Shown here piece by piece: positions 48,252 through 56,585 of a stretch of DNA of 64,000 bases. The stretch comes from an uncultured Gemmatimonadales bacterium (GTDB lineage Bacteria; Gemmatimonadota; Gemmatimonadetes; Longimicrobiales; Gaopeijiaceae), in NCBI GenBank assembly GCA_963823035.1, contig CAWGKG010000012.1, positions 448,001-512,000 of the forward strand. The letters are read 5' to 3'. The position numbers were made by a program, and so were the translations under genes. Numbering within the stretch: the stretch's first letter is position 1; each line of letters begins with the position of its first letter. The notes under the pieces were generated by a model, which was given only the letters and a program-made list of their open reading frames with translations, was not told the origin of the DNA and made no database searches.

Positions 48252-49487
48252 CTACCCGCGCGCTCCATCGCGAGGTCGACCGCGGCGGCCATGACGCCGG
48301 CGCGCCGCTCCCCGACGCGGTCCACGACCGCGTCGACCCCTTCGTCCACGGTCGCGCCCGACGTCCTCGAAGATGCGCGCCGCGCTCTGCGGCTCGGATC
48401 CCGCCATGAGGTTGAAGAAGGCGCGCGCCATCCCGAGGCTCGCGACGACCTCGGGCAGGACTTCGAATTCGGCATCGGCGGCCTGCGCGGTGTCGGTGTC
48501 GCCCAGGCGCACCTCCCGGATCGGCTGGTTCGCGCCGCAGATGATGCGCCTGGTGCCGTGCCGGGCGAGCTGCGCGAGCCGGCGCGAGTCCACGGAGCCG
48601 GAGATGGCGGCGGGCACGAAGAGGTCGGCCTCGCCATGATAGGCCAGCTCCCGCTCCTCCCCTGAGATCCTGTGTGGGTGATCCGGAAGGGTACGCCCGG
48701 TGCGGCGCCGCAGGAGGTCCTCCACGTCGGCCGCGTCCAGACCCTCGGGACTCGCCAGGCCGTGCAGGGCGTCGACGATGCCGGTGACGCGAGCGCCCAT
48801 GCGCGCAAAGTAGAGCGCCGCCGCCGCGCCTACGTTGCCGAACCCCTCCACCACCACGCGTACGCCCTCGAGGCACTCACCCCGTCGCTCGTAGAGGCGC
48901 GCCGCGGCGCGCGCCACCCCGTACCCCGTCACCAGGTCGGAGACCGACAGGTCGACTCCCTCGACCGCGTGCTCCGGGCCGGCGGGCTGATGGAGCCCGT
49001 CACGAAGGAAGCCGACCGCCCGCTCGACCGCCTCGCCGTCGAGGCCGAGGTGGCCCCGCAAGATCCCCTCCTGGGGATGGACGATGCCGAGCTCGGCGCA
49101 CAGGGGCACGACGTCGCGCTGCTCGTCGACATTGACGTCGCCACCGGTGCCGTAGCGCGAGAGGAGGAAGGGGCGGATCGCGCCGTACCACCGCCGCAGG
49201 ACGTCCTCGCGCCGCGGGTCCGCGGGATCGAAGTCGATCCCCGACTTCCCGCCTCCGATGGGCGGTCCGGAGAAGGCGAACTTGAGCTGCATGGCCTTCG
49301 CCAGATACGTGACCTCTTCGCGCGTCACCCCCCGGCGCATGCGCGTGCCGCCCCCGGCGGCGCCTCCGTGCAGCGAGTTGATCACCAACCACCCCTGCGC
49401 CTCCGTCTCGGGGTCGTGCCACTCGAACACCTGGGTCGGCGGAGCCTGCAGATAGGCGCCGTAACGCGCCCAGATGTTGCCGCTCAT
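48252..49487 (-). CDS. Glu/Leu/Phe/Val dehydrogenase family protein (frameshift near 3' end)
   Basis: AGGGTRM, GGGKSG, GFGNVG, GAN. Confidence 0.85.
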   Translation of the reverse strand: MSGNIWARYGAYLQAPPTQVFEWHDPETEAQGWLVINSLHGGAAGGGTRMRRGVTREEVTYLAKAMQLKFAFSGPPIGGGKSGIDFDPADPRREDVLRRWYGAIRPFLLSRYGTGGDVNVDEQRDVVPLCAELGIVHPQEGILRGHLGLDGEAVERAVGFLRDGLHQPAGPEHAVEGVDLSVSDLVTGYGVARAAARLYERRGECLEGVRVVVEGFGNVGAAAALYFARMGARVTGIVDALHGLASPEGLDAADVEDLLRRRTGRTLPDHPHRISGEERELAYHGEADLFVPAAISGSVDSRRLAQLARHGTRRIICGANQPIREVRLGDTDTAQAADAEFEVLPEVVASLGMARAFFNLMAGSEPQSAARIFEDVGRDRGRRGRRGRGPRRGAARRRHGRRGRPRDGARG

Positions 49488-49515
49488 TTCGGAATGCGGG
49501 GGAGGAGGGAGTGGG

Positions 49516-51084
49516 TCAAGACAGCAGGAAGATGGAGATGAGGAAGTCCGAGACCAACGTGATCGTCACGATGGCCGTCAGGTTCAGGAGGAAGCCCGCG
49601 CGGCTCATCTGCGGAATCGTCAGATACCCGGAGCTGAAGACGATGGCGTTCGGCGGGGTGGCGACGGGGAGCATGAAGGCCATGGAGGCCGCGAGCGCCG
49701 CCGTCGTCATGAGCAGGAGCGGCTCCATGCCGAGCCCGGCCGCGGCGCCGGCCATCACCGGCATGGCCATGCTGGTGGTGGCCACGTTGGAGGTGAGTTC
49801 CGTGAGGAAGACGATCAGGGTGGCGACCGCCGCCACCACCACCCAGCCGGGAACCGAGCTGAGGGCCGCCACCACGCCACCGATCCACGCGGCCAGCCCG
49901 GATTGCTCCATGGCCACGGCCAGGGAGAGGCCGCCGCCGAAGAGCACGAGCACGCCCCACGGGATCCGCCGCGCCGTCTTCCAGTCCAGACAGAACTCCC
50001 CACGGCGGAGCTCGCCCGCTGGGAGGAGGAAGAGCACGACCGCAGCGGCCATCGCGATCGTCGAGTCGCGCAGGTTGGGCATGAGCGTCTGCAGCCCGGG
50101 GATGGTCACGCCACCGATCGTCTTCTCCGCCCGGAGCACCCACGCCAGCGCCGTCAGGGCGAAGACCAGGCCGGTGAGCTTCTCGCCGCGGGAGGGCGAC
50201 CCCAGCGCGTCGCGCTCCGTCTGGATGATGGCCGCCGCGTCGCCGTGCAGGTCCCCCGGCGGGTGGAGTACCCGCGTCAGCAGGAGCCACGCGGCCGGGA
50301 TCATCACCATGCTCACTGGGACGCCCACGCCCATCCACTGGACGAAGCCGATCTCGCGGCCCAGCAGCTCGCTGGCGGCGGCGGCGAGCACGGCGTTGGG
50401 TGGCGTGCCGATGAGGGTGGCCACCCCGCCCAGGGACGCGGCGTACGCCACGCCGAGCATGAGCGCGACCCCGAAGTTGTACACTCCTTCCTCGGCGTCC
50501 TGCGGGCGCAGCATCTCACCGACGGCCAGCGCGATCGGCAACATCATCGCGGCCGTCGCCGTGTTGCTGATCCACATGGAGAGGAACGCCGTCGCGAGCA
50601 TGAAGCCGAGCACGAGACGGTTGGGGCCGGTGCCGACCCACGCCATGATCCTGAGTGCGATGCGCTTGTGCAGCCCCCACTTCTCCATCGTGACGGCGAG
50701 GAGGAAGCCGCCCATGAAGAGGAAGATCAGCTCGCTGGCGTACGGAGCCGACGCGGCCGCGGCGCTCAGCACGCCGAGAGTGGGGAAGAGCGCGAGGGGG
50801 AGGAGGGCCGTCGCGGGGATCGGGAGCGCCTCGGTCATCCACCAGACGGCCATCAGGACCGCCACGGCCGCGGTGCGCCACCCCTCGAGCCCGAGGCCGG
50901 CCGGCGCGGGCGTCGCAAGCATGACGAGGAAGACGATTCCGCCGGCGAAGAGCCCGATCCTCTGGGCGGGCCGATAGGTGTGCTCCCGACTGCCGTCGTC
51001 CAAGGGCGACTCCGCGACCGTGGAGGAGCCCCGCCCGAACGCGGGGCCGCGCGGCAGTGTGCGTGAAGAAAGCCCGTCCGGCAA
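49516..51084 (-). CDS. DASS/SLC13 sodium:anion symporter (start uncertain)
   Basis: SMWISNTAT, GTPPN, TSNVAT, PVATPPNAI. Confidence 0.92.
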   Translation of the reverse strand: MPDGLSSRTLPRGPAFGRGSSTVAESPLDDGSREHTYRPAQRIGLFAGGIVFLVMLATPAPAGLGLEGWRTAAVAVLMAVWWMTEALPIPATALLPLALFPTLGVLSAAAASAPYASELIFLFMGGFLLAVTMEKWGLHKRIALRIMAWVGTGPNRLVLGFMLATAFLSMWISNTATAAMMLPIALAVGEMLRPQDAEEGVYNFGVALMLGVAYAASLGGVATLIGTPPNAVLAAAASELLGREIGFVQWMGVGVPVSMVMIPAAWLLLTRVLHPPGDLHGDAAAIIQTERDALGSPSRGEKLTGLVFALTALAWVLRAEKTIGGVTIPGLQTLMPNLRDSTIAMAAAVVLFLLPAGELRRGEFCLDWKTARRIPWGVLVLFGGGLSLAVAMEQSGLAAWIGGVVAALSSVPGWVVVAAVATLIVFLTELTSNVATTSMAMPVMAGAAAGLGMEPLLLMTTAALAASMAFMLPVATPPNAIVFSSGYLTIPQMSRAGFLLNLTAIVTITLVSDFLISIFLLS

Positions 51085-51141
51085 CCGTAGTTACGCTGAT
51101 GGCACGCAGCCGTCGTGGAGCAGGAGAACAGGGAGACTTCC

Positions 51142-51663
51142 ATGGACCTGCGCGGGCGGCCCGTCTACAAGGAATCGACCCCCTGGCCCGGATGGATCCT
51201 GATCGTCTTCTGGGGGACGATCGCGCTCTCGATGGCGATCGTGGCGTCCGCCGGCGGCGTGGAGCGTGCGGGTCGAATCCTCGGTGCCCTGATCGTGGGC
51301 GGCGTGGCCGTCGCGGTCCAATGGCTCGTCGCGGGGCTCTCGGTCCGCCTCTACCGCGACGCGATGGTGGTCGGGATCGGCTCGTCGGGTCTGATCTCGA
51401 AGGGCATCGCCTACGGGGACATCGAGGATACCGAGTCCGTCCACTACCATCCGTTGCGCGACTTCGGCGGATGGGGAATCCGGGTCGGAAGGGACGGTCG
51501 GCGCGCGTGGACCGCGCGTGGCGACCAGGCCGTGGTGCTCCACCTGCGCGGAGGTACCCGGCTCTACGTGGGCAGCGAGCGTCCGCATCGCCTCGAGGAG
51601 CGGATCCGTGCCGTAGCCGGCACCCGCATCGGCGGGAAGGGCGGGGGTGAAGCCGGCGGCTGA
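51142..51663 (+). CDS. Hypothetical two-TM membrane protein
   Basis: Two hydrophobic helices then FGGWGIR...GSERP soluble domain; GGAGA RBS. Confidence 0.7.
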   Translation: MDLRGRPVYKESTPWPGWILIVFWGTIALSMAIVASAGGVERAGRILGALIVGGVAVAVQWLVAGLSVRLYRDAMVVGIGSSGLISKGIAYGDIEDTESVHYHPLRDFGGWGIRVGRDGRRAWTARGDQAVVLHLRGGTRLYVGSERPHRLEERIRAVAGTRIGGKGGGEAGG

Positions 51664-51799
51664 CCGCGCGCGCGATTCCCTCGAACCCCGGTGAGCGTCG
51701 AGGGTATGCGGGCGCCATGAGCCGGCCCGAGCAAGACCCTGTTCGCAAGACGCCCTCCGTCTCGGACGCGATCGTTCGCGAGTTGCACGAGGAAGGATC

Positions 51800-52009
51800 A
51801 TGACGTCCCACGTTCCCGTCGGCGCCCACGCTCCGGACTTCTCGCTGAGCCCGGCGCCCGGCGCGCCGCCCGTGACGCTCTCCGAGCTACGCGGACGGCC
51901 CGTGGTGCTGCTCTTCTTCCCTCTCGCCTTCTCGCGCGTATGCACCGAGGAGATGTGCGAGGTCCTCCCGCCCTTCGACGAGATCCGTTCGGTGGTGACG
52001 AACCTCTGA
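51800..52009 (+). pseudogene. Peroxiredoxin (AhpC/TSA) remnant with internal deletion
   Basis: VGAHAPDFSL...FFPLAFSRVCTEEMC joined directly to C-terminal-like LPPFDEI; only 69 aa. Confidence 0.7.
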
Positions 52010-52030
52010 CCAGCGCGGGGTCGCGCGCGA

Positions 52031-53305
52031 CTACTTCCGCTCCAGCACCATCGCGAACCCCAGGCCGCCCGCCGCGCACACGGTCACCAGCCCGAGCTGC
52101 GACCCCCGTCGCGCCATCTCGTTCAGGAGGGTGAGCGTCACGCGTCCGCCCGTGGCGCCGAACGGGTGCCCGATCGCGATGGACCCGCCCATGACGTTGA
52201 TGCGATCCAGGTCGGGATGACCGACCGGGGCGTCGCGCCCGAGCTCCCGACGTGCGAAGTCGCGCGACCCCCACGCCTGCAGGTTCGAGAGCACCTGCGC
52301 GGCGAACGCCTCGTGCATCTCCATGAGCTCGATGTCCCCCATCGTGACGCCGGCGCGCTCGAGCGCCCAGGGCGCGGCCCACGCCGGCCCCTGCAGCAAC
52401 TGGTCACCCGGGTCGAGCGCGCTCCACGCCCAGGAGCGCACCCACCCGAGCGGGCGGACCCCCTCGGCCTTCGCCTTCGCCTCGCTCATCAGGACGAGCG
52501 CCGAAGCGCCATCCGTGAGCGGCGACGCGTTGCCCGCCGTCACCGACCCGTGCTTGCGGTCGAACACGGGGGAGAGGCGGGACAGGGCCTCCAAACTCGT
52601 GTCGGAGCGGATGCCATTGTCCGCGGTGACCACGTCGTCGAAGCGCGGGGGAAGGTAGACCGGCGCGATCTCGGAGAGGATGCGACCGTCCGCCACGCCC
52701 GCGGCCGCCCTCCTGTGCGAGCGGAGGGCCCACGCGTCCTGGTCCTCTCGCGAGATGCCGTTCTCCTTCGCCATGCGCTCGGCGGCCTCGCCCATCGTCT
52801 CGCCGGTGGTCGGCTCGGCGATGGCCGGCGCGACCGGGACGAGGTCGCGCGGCCGGATGCGCTTGAAGGGCGCGAGGCGCCGGCCGAGCGACTTGGCCCG
52901 CGACGCTTCGATCAGCGACCTGGAGAGCTCCTCCGACACGGTGATGGGAACGTGCGACAGGGACTCCGCTCCACCCGCGACGACCACGTCGGCCTGGCCG
53001 AGCTCGATGAGGGCGGTGGCGTCGGCGATGGCCTGGTTGGCGGACGAACACGCCCGTGAGACCGTAACGGCGGGCACCGTCTTGGGGAGCACGGCCAGAC
53101 CGACCTCGCGCGCGATGTTGGGTGCCTGCGGGTCGTGGACCACGGTGCCGTAGACGAGGTGGTCGACGTCTTCGCCTCGCAGGCCGCTGCGCGCCAGCGC
53201 CTCGCGGACGGCGACCTTGCCCAGCTCGATCGCCGTCAGGCGCTCGAAGCCGGTTCCGGAGCGGAGGAAGGGCGTGCGACACCCCGCGACGATGACGGTC
53301 TTCAT
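52031..53305 (-). CDS. fadI: Acetyl-CoA C-acyltransferase (thiolase, FadI-type)
   Basis: RTPF, SRACSS, GNASPLTDGA, MHEAFAAQ, GHPFGATG, VCAAGG. Confidence 0.88.
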   Translation of the reverse strand: MKTVIVAGCRTPFLRSGTGFERLTAIELGKVAVREALARSGLRGEDVDHLVYGTVVHDPQAPNIAREVGLAVLPKTVPAVTVSRACSSANQAIADATALIELGQADVVVAGGAESLSHVPITVSEELSRSLIEASRAKSLGRRLAPFKRIRPRDLVPVAPAIAEPTTGETMGEAAERMAKENGISREDQDAWALRSHRRAAAGVADGRILSEIAPVYLPPRFDDVVTADNGIRSDTSLEALSRLSPVFDRKHGSVTAGNASPLTDGASALVLMSEAKAKAEGVRPLGWVRSWAWSALDPGDQLLQGPAWAAPWALERAGVTMGDIELMEMHEAFAAQVLSNLQAWGSRDFARRELGRDAPVGHPDLDRINVMGGSIAIGHPFGATGGRVTLTLLNEMARRGSQLGLVTVCAAGGLGFAMVLERK

Positions 53306-53484
53306 GCGGGCGACTCCGTGGAGAGGCGGCGTCCGGGACGGGACACCGCGATGAATACCCCGCAGGCCCGCGACGTTTCGGCGGACCCGCAGGCCGCGGT
53401 GGGCGCCCGCTGCGACGCGGGCTATCTTGAGAACGCCCGTGCCCGCGGCGAGCTGCCGCGCTCCTCGAAACGCACACCTCGTCG

Positions 53485-54033
53485 ATGCTCTCCGATCTGC
53501 AACACAAGAAGCTGACCCGGTATTTCCGTGTCTACGACGTGGACGACGACGGCCGCATCGCGCGCCCCGATTTCGAGCGTGTGGTCGAGAACGTACGCGC
53601 GCTCCACGGAGCCGACGAGCAGTCGTCCACGCACCGCAGGCTGCGCGACGGCTACCTGCGACGCTGGGAATCGCTCCGCTCTTCGGCGGACGCGAACCAC
53701 GACGGTGGCGTCGACCTCTCGGAGTGGCTCGCCTACTGGAGCGACGTCCTGTCGGACGAGGATCGCTACGAGGCGGAGGTCGCCGCGGTGACGCGGACGC
53801 TCTTCGACATCTTCGACACGGACGAGGACGGTGCCCTCGGGCCGGACGAGTTCTGCAACTTCTACGGCGTCTACGGCCTCAACTCCGCGACGGCTCGGCA
53901 GGTTTTCGCGGGGCTCGACGCGGACGGGGACGGGATCGTGAGCCGCCAGGAGCTCGAGGCCATGGCCCACGAGTTCTACCGGAGCGACGATCCGCGTGCG
54001 CCGGGAAACCGGCTCTTCGGCCCGACCGGCTGA
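53485..54033 (+). CDS. Four-EF-hand calcium-binding protein (calerythrin-like)
   Basis: DVDDDGRIARPD, DANHDGGVDLSE, DTDEDGALGPDE, DADGDGIVSRQE loops. Confidence 0.9.
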   Translation: MLSDLQHKKLTRYFRVYDVDDDGRIARPDFERVVENVRALHGADEQSSTHRRLRDGYLRRWESLRSSADANHDGGVDLSEWLAYWSDVLSDEDRYEAEVAAVTRTLFDIFDTDEDGALGPDEFCNFYGVYGLNSATARQVFAGLDADGDGIVSRQELEAMAHEFYRSDDPRAPGNRLFGPTG

Positions 54034-54047
54034 GGGGGCGGCGCCCC

Positions 54048-55304
54048 ATGCGTGCCGTCCGCTTCGACGTCACCATCCCGGGCTTTCTGCTGGGGAAGGC
54101 CCTCGGGAGGGTCACGCAGTCCGTCGTCTTCGGAAGGATGAGCGGCCTCCGCTTGACGGACGTCGCCGAGCCTGAGTTGCCGGGGCGCGACTGGGTACGT
54201 CTCGAGGTGCTCAAGGCCGGCATCTGCGGCACCGACATCGGCAATCTCACCTTCTCGGCCAGCCCGGCCATGGAGCCCTTCGGCTCCTTCCCCGCGGTGC
54301 TCGGGCACGAGATCCTCGCGCGGGTGACGGAGGTGGGACCCGACGTGCGCTCGGTCGAACCGGGACACCGGGTCGTGGTGGACCCCCTGGTCTCCTGCAC
54401 GATGCGCGGGTACGGAGGCGCCGAGCGATGCCCCTCCTGCGCCGAGGGGATGCAGAACACCTGTGGTCGCATGGGCGAGGAAGGCAGGCTCGAGATCTCG
54501 GGTCACAGCCTGCGCCGTGGCACCACGATCGGTTACCACGCGGACCTCCCGGGCGGTTGGGGAGAGCGCGTGATCGCGCACGAGAGCCAGCTGCTCGTGG
54601 TGGACGACGCGCTCGACGATCGCACCGCGGTGCTGATCGAGCCGTTGTCGGTGGGGATGCACGCGGTGCTCCAGCTCCGACCTTGGGGGGATGGCCCCAT
54701 CCTCGTGGTGGGGAGCGGGCCGATCGCGCTCGGCACCGTATGGGCCCTGCGCGCCGCCGGCTACGAGGGTCACCTCGTGGCGCAGATCAAGCGCGGGCAC
54801 GAGGCGGCCGTGGCGCGCGCCCTCGGCGCGAGTGAAGTGGTATCCCCCGGCGACGAAGCGCGACAGGCGCTGGTCGACACGGGCGCGAGCGCCTACATGC
54901 CGATCGTTGGCGACGAGGTGTACGTCGGGGGTGGCTTCCCCCTGATCTTCGACTGCGTGGGCAGCCGGCAGAGCCTCGACCAGTCGCTCCGCTACGCCGC
55001 GGCGCGCGGCCGCATCGTCATGCTCGGGTGCGCCGCCGAGATCCGGAAGCTCGACCTGACGTTCGTGTGGGCGCACGAGATCACCGTGCGTGGCTTCGTC
55101 TGCTACGGGCGGGAGTCGTGGGAGGGTGGCCACCCGCACACCTTCCGCATCACCCACGACCTGCTCGTCCGGGGCGGCGCGCCGGTTTCGGACATCGTCA
55201 CGCACGTCTTCCCGCTCCGGCAGTACCGCAACGCCCTGTCGACGGCCGCGAAACGCCGCAAGTCGGGCTCGATCAAGGTGTTGCTGGACCCGAGCGAGGG
55301 GTGA
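54048..55304 (+). CDS. Zinc-dependent medium-chain dehydrogenase
   Basis: GICGTD, LGHE, C..CPSC..C structural Zn, GSGPIA. Confidence 0.88.
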   Translation: MRAVRFDVTIPGFLLGKALGRVTQSVVFGRMSGLRLTDVAEPELPGRDWVRLEVLKAGICGTDIGNLTFSASPAMEPFGSFPAVLGHEILARVTEVGPDVRSVEPGHRVVVDPLVSCTMRGYGGAERCPSCAEGMQNTCGRMGEEGRLEISGHSLRRGTTIGYHADLPGGWGERVIAHESQLLVVDDALDDRTAVLIEPLSVGMHAVLQLRPWGDGPILVVGSGPIALGTVWALRAAGYEGHLVAQIKRGHEAAVARALGASEVVSPGDEARQALVDTGASAYMPIVGDEVYVGGGFPLIFDCVGSRQSLDQSLRYAAARGRIVMLGCAAEIRKLDLTFVWAHEITVRGFVCYGRESWEGGHPHTFRITHDLLVRGGAPVSDIVTHVFPLRQYRNALSTAAKRRKSGSIKVLLDPSEG

Positions 55305-55317
55305 CGGAGACGAGCGG

Positions 55318-56585
55318 ATGAGCGCGCGCGTCGTGGTGGTGGGAGGAGGCATCATCGGCGTGAGCTGCGCGTACCATCTGGCGCTGCGCGGGGCCGACGT
55401 GGTGCTCCTCGAGCGGGAGAGCCTCGGCGCCGGGGCGTCGTACGGGAACGCGGGTACGGTGAGCGCGGGGCACCCCCCGCTCAACAAGCCCGGTCGGGTG
55501 CGGCGCGCGATCCTCCAGATGATGGATCCCACCAGCCCGCTGTACATCCGACCGCGTTGGGATCCCGCGCTCTTCCGGTGGCTCGTGGACTTCGCGCGCC
55601 ACTGCACGGAGGAGCACGTGCGTGCCGCCATGCAGGTGATGGCGCCGCTCGGCCTGGAGGCGCTGCGCCTCTTCGACGGGCTGATGGAGGAGGAGTCCAT
55701 CGACTGCGGCTATCGGCGCGACGGGTACTTCGACGTGTGCCTCACGAGCGAGGGGCTCCGCGAGGCGCGTCACGAGGCCGGGATCATCCGCGACCACGGC
55801 TACCACCCCGAAGGTGATGGACGGCGAGGGGCTCCGCCGTGCGGAGCCCGCGCTCGCCGAGGGCGTGGTGGGCGGCATCTTCTACCCGGAGGCGGCCACG
55901 CTGGACCCCTTCCGTCTCGTGACCGGGCTGGGGGACGCGTTGCGCCGGCGCGGCGTGGAGGTACGCGAGGGCGCGTCCGTCGCGGAGCCGTTGGAGCGCG
56001 GCGGGCGGGTGCGAGGCGTGCAGCTCGAGGACGGCACCGCCGTCGAGGCGGATGTCACGGTGCTGGCCACGGGTCCGTTCAGCCTGGCGCTTGCCGCGCC
56101 GCCTCGGAACGCGGCTACCGGTGCAGCCGGGGAAGGGCTACCACCGGGATCTCCCGATCGGTCCGGGGGGCGCACCCGACCTGCGCGTGGCGTGTGTGCT
56201 CAACGAGCGCTCGGTCTTCTGTACGCCGATGAGCGGCTTCGTGCGCTTCGCGGGCACGATGGAGTTCTCCGGGCTGAATCTCGAGATGCGCCCCGAGCGT
56301 CTCGACCAGCTGACGCGCAGCGCGAAGAGGTACTTCCCCGCGCTGGAAGCGGAGAGCCCGCTCTCCGAGTGGGTCGGACTGCGCCCGATGGCCTCGGACG
56401 GGCTGCCGATCGTCGGTCCGCTTCCCGGCGCGGAGGGAGTGTGTGTCGCCACCGGCCACGGAATGCTCGGCGTGACGCTGGGGCCGGTCACAGGCAGCAT
56501 CGTGGCGGATTGGGTGCTGGATGGCGCGACCGACGAGACCTGGGCGCGGCTCGCCCCGGCGCGCTTTGCGCCGGAGCCGCGCTAG
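55318..56585 (+). CDS. FAD-dependent D-amino acid dehydrogenase-like oxidoreductase (frameshifts about 55815 and 56100)
   Basis: VVGGGIIG, ASYGNAG, QPGKGY, WVGLRP..DGLPIVG, GHGMLG. Confidence 0.85.

Noticed and set aside
53427..54047. N-terminal extension of the Zn-dehydrogenase ORF
   Set aside because: Alternate frame of the EF-hand gene; real start is ATG 54048
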